DNA from: Candidatus Micrarchaeota archaeon
GTDB lineage: Archaea; Micrarchaeota; Micrarchaeia; Micrarchaeales; CABMGC01
Direction of reading: 5' to 3'
DNA length: 52,154 nucleotides
NCBI GenBank assembly: GCA_027315135.1
Contig: DAHUYR010000036.1
Coordinates: 1-52,154 of the forward strand
The first letter of the stretch is position 1. Each line of letters starts with the position of its first letter. Below, in pieces: positions 1 to 8,988 of the stretch. Under the pieces are notes generated by a model, which was given only the letters and a program-made list of their open reading frames with translations, was not told the DNA's origin and ran no database searches. A program made the position numbers and the translations under genes.

Positions 1-303
1 TTAGCGATTATTGCAATTATAGGGAGTTACCTAATCTCTACACTAATATCTCTTAGGTTCCCAATACTTGTGCTTGGAGAACCTGTGGCAATCTTCGGTC
101 TCGTGTATGCTATAGTCGGGTACATACTCTATACCGGAGACAACTGGGCCTGGTGGGTGGCAGTTGCCTTCTACGGATCATTCTTAATAATCTCTATGTT
201 AAGCTTGGCAGTTTCCCTATTCAGTATAATCCCTCTTGCAATATCTGCATTAATACTTTACTACTTGACAACAATAAAGGTCAGAGCATACTTCGGCGTG
301 TGA
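1..303 (+). CDS. small hydrophobic membrane protein, 5'-partial (frame open to window start)
   Basis: The frame-1 ORF has no stop from nt 1 to the TGA at 301-303. The translation is almost entirely hydrophobic (IFGLVYAIVGYILYTGDNWAWWVAVAFYGSFLIISMLSLAVSLFSIIPLAISALILYYL), giving 2-3 TM helices. No family recognised. Confidence 0.45.
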   Translation, partial: LAIIAIIGSYLISTLISLRFPILVLGEPVAIFGLVYAIVGYILYTGDNWAWWVAVAFYGSFLIISMLSLAVSLFSIIPLAISALILYYLTTIKVRAYFGV

Positions 304-359
304 GCTGCAAAAGCTTTATTAATAGCAATTCAGATTTAAAGATAAGTAACGGGATTATA

Positions 360-1019
360 ATGGCAAAAAAACATACTAGGGCAGTGGCAAAAAAGCAAGC
401 TACTGGGAAACAGGCTGGAACCGGGTCATTTGACATCATAGGCTCAATAAAGAGCGCATGGCATATGGCAATACATCCTTCTACCGCAAAGCCCATGAGC
501 GTAAGGGACGCCATAAAATTCTATTATTCATTTGCAATAATACCAGGAATAATAGCTACAATAATAGCAGGGCTTATCACAGGAACAGTCTCAGCAGCTG
601 TAATCATGTTCGGCGTTATATTCGTACTGGAAGTTATAGGCATATTCGTAGACGCAGGAATATATCATCTATTTGGCAAATTCCTCTTCAAGAAATTCAC
701 ACAGGATTATTCAGTTACGTTTACTGCGACAGTAGTTGCATCAATCCCTGCAATACTTTTCTATTGGCTATCTCCGATAACCGGAGGAATTTCAAGCATA
801 CTATTTGGCATATGGGGCATAATCTTGCTAACTATGGCACTAATGAAGCTCCAGAAAGTATCAGGAGTAGTTGCAGTGCTCTCGTGGCTGGTTCCATCGA
901 TAATAATAGGAATACTCGTAGTCCTTCTGGCCATTGCCGCATTTTCAGCAATAGGTGCACTGCCAGTAGCAGGCAATCTTACAAGCAACTTCACAACAAC
1001 TGCCCTGACAACAATATGA
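360..1019 (+). CDS. polytopic membrane protein (possibly Yip1-like)
   Basis: ATG at 360 (MAKKHTRAVAKKQATGKQ...), within track ORF 153..1019 whose 5' part overlaps the previous gene. It has a basic soluble N-terminus followed by about 5 hydrophobic helices. The family assignment is tentative. Confidence 0.55.
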   Translation: MAKKHTRAVAKKQATGKQAGTGSFDIIGSIKSAWHMAIHPSTAKPMSVRDAIKFYYSFAIIPGIIATIIAGLITGTVSAAVIMFGVIFVLEVIGIFVDAGIYHLFGKFLFKKFTQDYSVTFTATVVASIPAILFYWLSPITGGISSILFGIWGIILLTMALMKLQKVSGVVAVLSWLVPSIIIGILVVLLAIAAFSAIGALPVAGNLTSNFTTTALTTI

Positions 1020-1254
1020 GCTCAGCCGTACAGAACACAGTTTCCATATGGCCTAAGTATGAGTTTGTACGTATCTCTTGACAATTACTGCCAAGGCGGA
1101 GTAGCGTAAGTGCAATAAAATACCAAACTGCAGTAGGGCCTAGTCTCAAACTGTATCATTTATTAAACTCTTACAAATTGCTCTACTTTGTCAAACCGAA
1201 GATCTTCAGAATCCTGATGCTCACTTTTTAATACGTTAACTGCTTAAAATTACT

Positions 1255-1926
1255 ATGATAAAACTTGTTATCTTTGATGCAGAGCACGTACTTTACAACG
1301 CGGAAGGACAGATTAAGTATTTCAACATAAAGCTTGCTGAATTTGTAAAGAATAACAGTAATACGGATCCGCAGGCACCGGGAGCCATATGGAAAACCCT
1401 TGGAAACGCTGTATTAGTAGGTAAAATGTCTATACTACAGGCTCATAAGGAGTTTATCTCTAGACTGGGCATCCGCCCCGAGCTAATTGAAGAGTACGAA
1501 GCATTCGACAGAGAATCGTTCAATTATGCAAAGCTAATGGAAGATGACGAAGAAAAATATCTAAGAGATCTTAAAATAAGAAATTACAAACTTGCAGTAC
1601 TCTCTGACGGTGTAAATCCGGCAGATACCAAAGCACAGATATTAGAAATAGTGGGACTCGGTGGAATATTCGATAAGATATTTGTTTCTTCTGATATAGG
1701 TCATAAAAAACCAGACAGCGAAACCTACCGGGCAGTTATGGATGCGTTTAAGGCAGACTCTTCAGAGACGGTCTTTGTGGGTCACGACCTCGACGAACTT
1801 GAAGGTGCAATTGCCTTAGGCATACACACTATCTCATATAATGGAGATAGACTCGGTCACGAAGCTGACAGTTTCTCAAGAATAAACGAGATAATCTACA
1901 GTCTAGACAACGGAAACAGACAATAA
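1255..1926 (+). CDS. HAD-superfamily hydrolase
   Basis: N-terminal VIFDAEHVLY resembles HAD motif I. HKKPDSETYRAVMDAF and VFVGHDLDELEGA resemble motifs III/IV. At 223 aa the size is typical. Confidence 0.7.
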   Translation: MIKLVIFDAEHVLYNAEGQIKYFNIKLAEFVKNNSNTDPQAPGAIWKTLGNAVLVGKMSILQAHKEFISRLGIRPELIEEYEAFDRESFNYAKLMEDDEEKYLRDLKIRNYKLAVLSDGVNPADTKAQILEIVGLGGIFDKIFVSSDIGHKKPDSETYRAVMDAFKADSSETVFVGHDLDELEGAIALGIHTISYNGDRLGHEADSFSRINEIIYSLDNGNRQ

Positions 1927-2157
1927 CATTCAAGACTGAAGAGATGTTTGGCCTGAAAATAACAGGTCTACTGATCTGAAGAAGGTCAAGATATGCCTGT
2001 CAGCCTGCGTTCCTGCAAACCTGCTAGAATACGCGATGGGATGCTTCATACTTGACGAAGGTGACTGGATGTAAAAGCCAACTACCTAACTGTCGACGTA
2101 GTAAAAAGATTAATATAATTATCTATAAGAATAACAAATGCTAATTTCAGTGATACT

Positions 2158-2520
2158 ATGAAAATCAATGAGCTTAAAGGAGGCGTGGGAAACGTAGAAA
2201 TAGAGGCAACTGTAGTTGACAAGCAGCCCACTAGAACTGTAGTAACAAAGTATGGAAAGCAGCTTACTGTATCAAGCGCTACCATAAAGGATGACACAGG
2301 AAGCATTACGCTATCACTCTGGGAGAAGGATGCCGACGCAATAGATGTAGGTGACAAGATAAAGGTAACCAACGGCTATGTCAGCGAATATAAGGGCAAT
2401 CCACAGCTTTCAGCAGGAAAGTATGGAAAGATAGAGGTAGTGGAAAAAGGAGACGGAAGCGCATCAGCATCAAGTTCCGGTTCAGAGGAGAACTTCGAAT
2501 CTGGCCAGGAAGAGTTCTAG
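2158..2520 (+). CDS. single OB-fold nucleic-acid-binding protein (SSB-like) with acidic C-terminal tail
   Basis: 120 aa with an OB-fold-like core (VEIEATVVDKQP...ITLSLWEKDADAIDVGDKIKVTNGYVSEYKGNPQLS). This is followed by a Ser/Gly linker and an acidic end, SGSEENFESGQEEF. Confidence 0.65.
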   Translation: MKINELKGGVGNVEIEATVVDKQPTRTVVTKYGKQLTVSSATIKDDTGSITLSLWEKDADAIDVGDKIKVTNGYVSEYKGNPQLSAGKYGKIEVVEKGDGSASASSSGSEENFESGQEEF

Positions 2521-2536
2521 TTGTTTCTAATCTGTT

Positions 2537-3781
2537 TTAGAACTCAAAATCTATTGTATCTCCAACCTTAGGAGTGTGAACCTTGAATCCCTCCATAGCC
2601 AAGCTTTCTGCAGCTGTAGATATATTCTCGCTGCTGCCATGCACGAGCACTATCTCCTCAGGCGAACACATCTTGGCATATTTGTGAAGGTCGCTCCTTC
2701 CGGCATGTGCTGAGAAATCATAGAAGCCAACCTCATTCCTTACAGTAAACTTTTTACCGTCAATTACCAAGGGTTTTCCATCAAGCAACCTGCGGCCATT
2801 CGTTCCTTCGACCTGGAAACCTGTAAGAAATACTTTTGAATTGCGGTTAAGCTGCGTTATGTAATTAAGCACCGGACCCCCAGTGAGCATTCCCGAAGTA
2901 GTCAGTATTATCTTACCTCCCATAACTGCTCTCCTTCTGGCACGGTACATCGTCACTATCGATGCTTTATTCACACCATCTGCAAGCAGCTTGCCGTTTT
3001 TAAGGAAACGTTTGTGGACAAGCGTTATCTCAGTTGCTGCTTTTGCCATCCCGTCAAGATAGGTGCGCTCTGCAAGGCCGTGCTGTTCAAGCACCGCCAG
3101 CACCTCCTGGCTCCTGCCAACCGCAAACACAGGAACAAGAGCCGTCCCGCCGTTGTCTATCACACTCTTCACATCCTCTATAAATGAGGATATTAGTTTA
3201 TCCCTGTCAGGATGGTCTCCGCTTCCGTATGTCGACTCCATTACAAGTATGTCACATTTGACCGGGTCAGCACCTTTCTGCAGTGTCTGTTCTTCAAGCT
3301 TGAAATCCCCAGTATATGCAAGTGTCCTGCCACTCCTCATATTTTCAACAGATGAAACTGCGCTTCCAGGTATGTGGCCAGCATCACGCAGCGTTATCAC
3401 ATAATCATCGAATTCGTTTTCAAAACCGTACTCGCAAGGCACATATCTTGCCATCATCTCCCTGAAATCGGCTCCTGAGTATGCCGGTTTTTCATGCCTG
3501 CGCTTCGCAATCTTCATCGCGTCCTCTATCAGAAGCTCTACAAGCTCCATAGTCGGCTGCGTAGCAAACGTCGGAGGTCTGCCCTCTCTGTATATGGAAG
3601 GAAGAAAGCCACTGTGGTCAAGATGAGCATGGCTCAGTATGCACGCATCAACAGCTCCTATCTCTAAAGGGTATTCAGTATTGCTCTCAACCTTTATCCC
3701 ACAATCAAGCAGTATGTTCTTTTTGTCCTCGATTACAAAGGCGGATCTCCCTACCTCCCCGGCACCACCAAGAAACCGCAT
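2537..3781 (-). CDS. beta-CASP metallo-beta-lactamase ribonuclease (aCPSF2-like)
   Basis: MRFLGGAGEVGRSAF start (ATG at 3781, 6 codons inside the track ORF). It carries the HAHLDHSG MBL motif and is about 414 aa without KH domains. Confidence 0.8.
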   Translation of the reverse strand: MRFLGGAGEVGRSAFVIEDKKNILLDCGIKVESNTEYPLEIGAVDACILSHAHLDHSGFLPSIYREGRPPTFATQPTMELVELLIEDAMKIAKRRHEKPAYSGADFREMMARYVPCEYGFENEFDDYVITLRDAGHIPGSAVSSVENMRSGRTLAYTGDFKLEEQTLQKGADPVKCDILVMESTYGSGDHPDRDKLISSFIEDVKSVIDNGGTALVPVFAVGRSQEVLAVLEQHGLAERTYLDGMAKAATEITLVHKRFLKNGKLLADGVNKASIVTMYRARRRAVMGGKIILTTSGMLTGGPVLNYITQLNRNSKVFLTGFQVEGTNGRRLLDGKPLVIDGKKFTVRNEVGFYDFSAHAGRSDLHKYAKMCSPEEIVLVHGSSENISTAAESLAMEGFKVHTPKVGDTIDFEF

Positions 3782-3917
3782 CCTCAAACAATCACACAAT
3801 CAAAACAGAAGCAACAACACTATATTTATCTTAACCTATTTAAGCGTTATTAAAGATAATATAGCGACCAGTGGTGAAATAGTGGACGATATAACCTTCC
3901 TTGACCTTGCGTGCCTT

Positions 3918-4577
3918 ATGAAGATATCAGAAGATACTACGTTAGAAAGATTCGGCTCTGCGATAAACGCGAGCATATTCGATGCATCTAACATTGCAGG
4001 AACCCTTAAGCAGAAGGATCTGATAGATTTCACATCAATATTCCCAGGACCAAATTCAATAGCTGTAACTGAGAAAGGCAAGGCAGCACTGACAGAGGCC
4101 GAACAAAGGGCAGCAACCCCATTCGACAATCTTGACAAGAGCATACTATTGCAAATATCGAGCGGCAAGAGCTCCCCAAAAGACATACAAAGCTCAATAA
4201 GCCTCAATTCAAGGGATCTTGCAATGCGCCTGTACAAGCTAAGCAGGCAGAACCTGCTCACTTACGAACTGAAGAGCGGTCAGGTCGAAATACTTCTTAC
4301 TGAGCAGGGCTTCCTCAAAGCATCGCCATCGCAGACCCAGCCTATGCAGCCAATGCGCCAGATGCAGCCGACCCCAGCTCCTCAGCCTACTGCACAGCAA
4401 CCGTCCCAGCAGCCATCTGCAGTCCAGCAACCAGGCCAGTCAGACCAACAAACAGCTCCTAAGGCAATACAGTTCCAGCCAAAACCGATGAACAAGAAGC
4501 AGCTTGCCATGGTAGGCGTTGCCGCGGCAGCAATTATAATAGTGCTTGTATACCTATTAATGACGAAGATAATATGA
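3918..4577 (+). CDS. tail-anchored protein with two winged-helix-like units and a P/Q-rich linker
   Basis: ATG 3918 (alternative GTG 3882), inside track ORF 3639..4577 whose 5' part is antisense to the beta-CASP gene. The C-terminus has QPMQPMRQMQPTPAPQPTAQQPSQQPSAVQQPGQSDQQ followed by the TM helix MVGVAAAAIIIVLVYLLM. Its stop overlaps the next start (ATGA). Confidence 0.55.
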   Translation: MKISEDTTLERFGSAINASIFDASNIAGTLKQKDLIDFTSIFPGPNSIAVTEKGKAALTEAEQRAATPFDNLDKSILLQISSGKSSPKDIQSSISLNSRDLAMRLYKLSRQNLLTYELKSGQVEILLTEQGFLKASPSQTQPMQPMRQMQPTPAPQPTAQQPSQQPSAVQQPGQSDQQTAPKAIQFQPKPMNKKQLAMVGVAAAAIIIVLVYLLMTKII

Positions 4578-5188
4578 CACTGTCAGATTACTTTGAAGGG
4601 GAAAAACTCCTGAAGAAATACGGCATAAGCAGCATAAAGAGCCGGTATGTCAATTCTGCAGAGGAAGCCATAGCAAACGCAGATGGCAAGCCTATAGTAA
4701 TGAAGATAATATCTGATAAAGCGCTGCACAAATCAAAGAGCGGCCTAGTCGCACTTGACCTCAAGACAGACAAGGAAATTCGCTCTGCGTTCAACTCCCT
4801 CACTGCAAAAGCAGCAAAACTAAAACCATACAAGGTGATAGTGCAGGAGATGTCAAAGAGCGGCATTGAAGTGATAATAGGCGGAAAGACCGATCCGCAA
4901 TTTGGCAAAGTGATACTACTGGGACTTGGCGGCATATATGTTGAGGCGTTCAAGGATTTTGCAATACGCGTCTGTCCGATAAGCAGCTCTGATGCAGGCA
5001 GCATGATAGACAGCCTGAAATCCGAGAACGTAATAACCTATGGTTCAGAGAACAGGAAGATGCTTGAAAAGCTTCTGGTAAGCGTATCGGAAATGTTGGT
5101 CAACACTGAACTCAAGGAGCTTGACCTTAACCCTGTCATATTGAGAAAAGCAGACTATGATGTAGTCGACATAAGGATATTGAAATAA
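4574..5188 (+). CDS. acdB: acetate--CoA ligase (ADP-forming), beta subunit (ATP-grasp domain)
   Basis: 204 aa with an ATP-grasp-like sequence (PIVMKIISDKALHKSKSGLVALDL...VIVQEM...GLGGIYVE...ELDLNPV). It lies immediately upstream of the alpha subunit. Confidence 0.75.
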   Translation: MTLSDYFEGEKLLKKYGISSIKSRYVNSAEEAIANADGKPIVMKIISDKALHKSKSGLVALDLKTDKEIRSAFNSLTAKAAKLKPYKVIVQEMSKSGIEVIIGGKTDPQFGKVILLGLGGIYVEAFKDFAIRVCPISSSDAGSMIDSLKSENVITYGSENRKMLEKLLVSVSEMLVNTELKELDLNPVILRKADYDVVDIRILK

Positions 5189-5208
5189 TTAAAACCGAGT
5201 GTTATAAC

Positions 5209-6588
5209 ATGAAAGCAGACCTGCAAAACATGCTGAATCCAAAATCCGTAGCGATAATAGGTGCTTCCAGGAATCCTGACAAGGTCGGGCACATAATACT
5301 CCAGAATTACATAAACTCAGGCTATTCCGGCAGATTATTTGCAGTCAACAAGGATGCCGAATCAATACTCGGGGTAAAGGCATACAGGCACGTCGGAGAG
5401 ATAAAGCAGAAGCTTGACCTGGCAGTCATAGCAATACCTGCCCAGTTCGTCCCACAGGCTCTTGAGGAGTGTGGCAAAGCAGGCGTGAAGAGCACCATAG
5501 TGGTGACTGCAGGCTTTGAGGAGATAGGCGAGAAGGCGCTGCAGGAACAGATCGTGAGAATATCGGAAAAGTACAAGATGCCGATGCTTGGGCCAAACTG
5601 CCTGGGTGTCATGGACACGCGCGCAAGGACTGACACGCTCTTCCTGCCAACATACAAGCTGAGCAAACCAGGCGTGGGATATGTAAGCTTCATATCACAG
5701 AGCGGAGCCGTAGGCAGCACGATACTGGATCTTATAGCCGGAGAAGGATTCGGTCTTTCCAAATTTATATCTTATGGAAACGCTGCATATATCGATGAAT
5801 CCGACATTCTGGAATATTTGATGAATGATGACGATACTAAAGTAATCATAATGTATATCGAGGGCATAAAGGACGGCAAAAAGTTCATCGAGGTTGCAAA
5901 GAAGGTAACCAAGAAGAAACCTGTCGTGGTGCTTAAAGGAGGAAGATCTGCCATAGGCCAGCAGGCTACTCTCTCGCACACAGCTTCATTGGCAGGGGAT
6001 TATCAGGTTTACGAAGGCATGTTCCAGCAATTCGGCTTTACTATTGCAAACGACCTAAACGAGCTTTTATACTATGCCAAGGTTCTTGTATCCGAGCCTG
6101 AACCGAAAGGAAACAGGATAGGCATAATAACAAACGGTGGCGGAGCCGGGGTAATAACCACAGATGCTGTAGGCGCGGTAAAAGCGCTGAAGCTCGCAGG
6201 ACTCAGTAAGAAGAGCCAGGAAATACTCAGGAAAACAATGCCCCCGCTTGTCAATATAAGGATACCTCTGGACCTTGCAGGAGACGCAGGAGGTGACAGG
6301 TACGAAACTGCGGTCTCTACGCTAAGGGATGATGATAATGTTGACATGATCATAGTGATAGCGCTATTTCAGACTCCTGGAGCTGATTCCAGTGTGGTTG
6401 CAAAACTTGTCCACTTCAAGGCAGACATGAACAAACCCATGATAGTGATAAGCATAGGCGCTGAATACACCCAGATACACAACCACATGATGGAGGAGTC
6501 AGGTCTTCCAGTATACGATTCCCCTGTAGCTGCTGTAAACTCACTGGCAGAGTTATTCAAATACTATCAGTATAAACACAGGAAGTGA
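5209..6588 (+). CDS. acdA: acetate--CoA ligase (ADP-forming), alpha subunit (CoA-binding / succinyl-CoA-synthetase-like)
   Basis: 459 aa. SVAIIGASRNPDKVGHIILQN is a CoA-binding motif, followed by GPNCLGV and SQSGAVGS motifs typical of NDP-forming acyl-CoA synthetases. Confidence 0.85.
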   Translation: MKADLQNMLNPKSVAIIGASRNPDKVGHIILQNYINSGYSGRLFAVNKDAESILGVKAYRHVGEIKQKLDLAVIAIPAQFVPQALEECGKAGVKSTIVVTAGFEEIGEKALQEQIVRISEKYKMPMLGPNCLGVMDTRARTDTLFLPTYKLSKPGVGYVSFISQSGAVGSTILDLIAGEGFGLSKFISYGNAAYIDESDILEYLMNDDDTKVIIMYIEGIKDGKKFIEVAKKVTKKKPVVVLKGGRSAIGQQATLSHTASLAGDYQVYEGMFQQFGFTIANDLNELLYYAKVLVSEPEPKGNRIGIITNGGGAGVITTDAVGAVKALKLAGLSKKSQEILRKTMPPLVNIRIPLDLAGDAGGDRYETAVSTLRDDDNVDMIIVIALFQTPGADSSVVAKLVHFKADMNKPMIVISIGAEYTQIHNHMMEESGLPVYDSPVAAVNSLAELFKYYQYKHRK

Positions 6589-6592
6589 AGAT

Positions 6593-7786
6593 TCAGCTAA
6601 GCAGGTCGTTCATTATCTTTGCAATTACCTTATCCTTTTTCTCTCCGGAGCTGAGAAGCTCAAAAAGTTCGGCAGGCCCTATTGCAAGATCATATCCGCT
6701 TTTCTTAAGCTCTTCAACCAGTATGCCTATACCAAGATCCTTCACTGAAATATTGCTGATATCCGAGTATATCTCCGCACGCTTACTATCGTCAGACACA
6801 TTCTCAAATCCCTTCTTTGCTATCTCTATTACTGCATGGTCCTTGTATCTCTTGGCTATCTCCTGCATCTCTATGCCCATCCGTTTGACTGACCTATCGT
6901 TTCCATTTATCTCTATTCTAATTATGCAGCCTTGCCCATGCTTCGACACAGCTTCGTTTATCCTCTCTTCTATACGCCTGAGCAAAGTCCCTTCCTCAGA
7001 AGAATCCACATCAACCTTTACCGATTCAAAACTCCTCGAATTTATATGCACAAATTCATACGAATTGGTCTTTGTATCGTAAACAAAGAATCCCTTTCTC
7101 TCAATCTCTCCATCCTTAAGCTGTGTTAGCACAGTGCTTCCTGGTATCAGGAACGGTTTGCCATGCACTGTGGATTCTACCTTGCTGTGTATGTGCCCAT
7201 TAACATAAAGATCAAAACCCTCCGGCAGTTCATTCATCCTAAGGAAGGAATCGTTGAATGGCAGAAGTTCGTATAATGACTGGTGGAACATGAGTATGTT
7301 GAAAGCTCCATCGACGACGGAAGAGGCATGTTCCTTCAAAGCTTCGCCAAAGCGCTCCTCCACCACCCCTGAAATGCCTGTTACTGCGACTCTCTCCCCA
7401 TCCTTCTCAATAACCGCAACTCCCATCCCTATGTCTGCAAGCAACGATGTTAAATTAAGAAGGTCAACAGGGTCTTCAGTATCGCTTGTCCTTCTTTCAT
7501 GTGTTCCAGGTATGGCCAGCACCGGCTTGTCCGTGTATACTCTGCCATCTCCTTTAAAATCAATTATCTTAGCTCCAAACTCTCTCTGCAGCAATTCCTT
7601 AAAGATGAGTATTGCCTCTGCTATGACGTCGGGTTTTGGAAATCTTGTATCAAATATATCTCCAGGTATTATTATCGCGTCTGCCCTTTCAGCCGCCATG
7701 GTCAAAGCCTCAGCCGCTTGGGCATGGGCGTCCTTCCTGAAACGGTCGTAACCTATGTGCAGATCAGAAACAATCGCTATCTTCAC
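6593..7786 (-). CDS. mre11: Mre11/SbcD-type metallophosphoesterase (DNA double-strand break repair nuclease)
   Basis: Phosphoesterase motifs are present: VSDLHIGY, IIPGDIFD, AIPGTHERR, LMFHQSL, VNGHIHS. There is a 4-nt overlap with the upstream cdc6 gene. Confidence 0.75.
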   Translation of the reverse strand: MKIAIVSDLHIGYDRFRKDAHAQAAEALTMAAERADAIIIPGDIFDTRFPKPDVIAEAILIFKELLQREFGAKIIDFKGDGRVYTDKPVLAIPGTHERRTSDTEDPVDLLNLTSLLADIGMGVAVIEKDGERVAVTGISGVVEERFGEALKEHASSVVDGAFNILMFHQSLYELLPFNDSFLRMNELPEGFDLYVNGHIHSKVESTVHGKPFLIPGSTVLTQLKDGEIERKGFFVYDTKTNSYEFVHINSRSFESVKVDVDSSEEGTLLRRIEERINEAVSKHGQGCIIRIEINGNDRSVKRMGIEMQEIAKRYKDHAVIEIAKKGFENVSDDSKRAEIYSDISNISVKDLGIGILVEELKKSGYDLAIGPAELFELLSSGEKKDKVIAKIMNDLLS

Positions 7787-8988
7787 CCAACCTCCTCAAC
7801 TTCAGTCATAAGAGTCTTTTCAATCGTCTCCTTCATGCGCTCCGGAGAGTATGCCAGCTTTATCAGCTTCGTATGTCCTCTTATCCCCTTTCCGGATTCG
7901 TAAGCGGAAATAAGCCCCTGCATCTCAAGATCAAAGACGTACTTCCTGTACCATCGTGAACTCTTAGGTCCCTTGTTCAGGCTATTCGCTATCGATGCGT
8001 ACTTGTTGTAAATATCTCCGCTGAATAAATAGGTCTCACTGTCGCCGCTGAGCCTCTTGTACCTACTTCCTTGTATTGACAAAAGCGAGATTGCGTATAT
8101 AATGAGGCGCTGATGCTCCGGAAGTGTGTTGACAAGTTCATATACCAGTTCCTCCTCTGCAGCTTCGGTTGCCTTGTTAACATCATTTACTGTGATTACG
8201 CCGTCTCCACGTTCATCAGCAAGCTCTCCTGCCTTTGAAAGCACCTTCAACGCAAGCCTTGCGTCCCCGCTGTCCTTCGCAGATATCGCAGCAGCAAGAT
8301 TTATCACCGCCTGATCAATAACTCCTTTCTTGAAGCCCTTCTCTGCCCTTTCCTTTAGTATCAATGCAAGTTCATTAGAGTTGTAAGGCGGAAATACCAA
8401 CTCGTTTTCGTAAAGCGTCGAAAGGCTTCTTGGATCAAGGTCCTCCTTGAAGGATATCTTGTTCGACACCCCTACTATCATTATGCCTCCTGATTTTATG
8501 TCGCTGTTAGCCCTTGTCAGCGTGTATATAAGATCATCAAGATCCTTTACAACGTCTATCTCGTCAAGCACCACTATCAGAACCTTGCTGTCCTCTTCTA
8601 TCCAGTTTATTATACGCTCATAAATGTCTACAAGCCCGTATCCGCGCTTTGCATAAACCGGAAGATAATCACTGGTTATCTTGTAAAGGACCCTATATCT
8701 GGAATTGTATATTCTGCAATTGATGTAAGAGACCCGTGCCTTTGTCGGCAAATCCTTTATCTTATCTACAACATGCTTCACGCAGGAGGTCTTCCCAGTC
8801 CCGGTCTTTCCATAGACGAACAGGTTCCTCCCTCTCTCCCCTCTGAGCGAAGGAGTCATGTATTTGACTATATTCTCAATCTGTTTGTCCCTGAAAGGAA
8901 GGTTATCCGGCATATAGTGCGGTGAAAGAACCTCACGGTTTGCAAACACGTTTGAATCCTTGAACAGATCTGAGAAAGGCTCCTTCAT
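7783..8988 (-). CDS. cdc6: Orc1/Cdc6 replication initiator
   Basis: AAA+ Walker A (YGKTGTGKTS) and Walker B (VVLDEIDV), with a C-terminal winged-helix region. 401 aa. Confidence 0.9.
   Translation of the reverse strand: MKEPFSDLFKDSNVFANREVLSPHYMPDNLPFRDKQIENIVKYMTPSLRGERGRNLFVYGKTGTGKTSCVKHVVDKIKDLPTKARVSYINCRIYNSRYRVLYKITSDYLPVYAKRGYGLVDIYERIINWIEEDSKVLIVVLDEIDVVKDLDDLIYTLTRANSDIKSGGIMIVGVSNKISFKEDLDPRSLSTLYENELVFPPYNSNELALILKERAEKGFKKGVIDQAVINLAAAISAKDSGDARLALKVLSKAGELADERGDGVITVNDVNKATEAAEEELVYELVNTLPEHQRLIIYAISLLSIQGSRYKRLSGDSETYLFSGDIYNKYASIANSLNKGPKSSRWYRKYVFDLEMQGLISAYESGKGIRGHTKLIKLAYSPERMKETIEKTLMTEVEEVG

Noticed and set aside
153-359. 5' extensions of track ORFs (153-359, 3639-3881, 23196-23252, 31183-31284, 27947-27967, 39413-39439)
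   Set aside because: The extensions overlap neighbouring genes or divergent promoters. Internal ATGs give canonical family N-termini, often with a GGTG SD upstream.
1927-2157. Small ORFs in the HAD/OB-fold spacer (20-aa plus-strand, 38-aa minus-strand)
   Set aside because: They have no start context and no recognisable sequence features, and they are too short to support from sequence alone.
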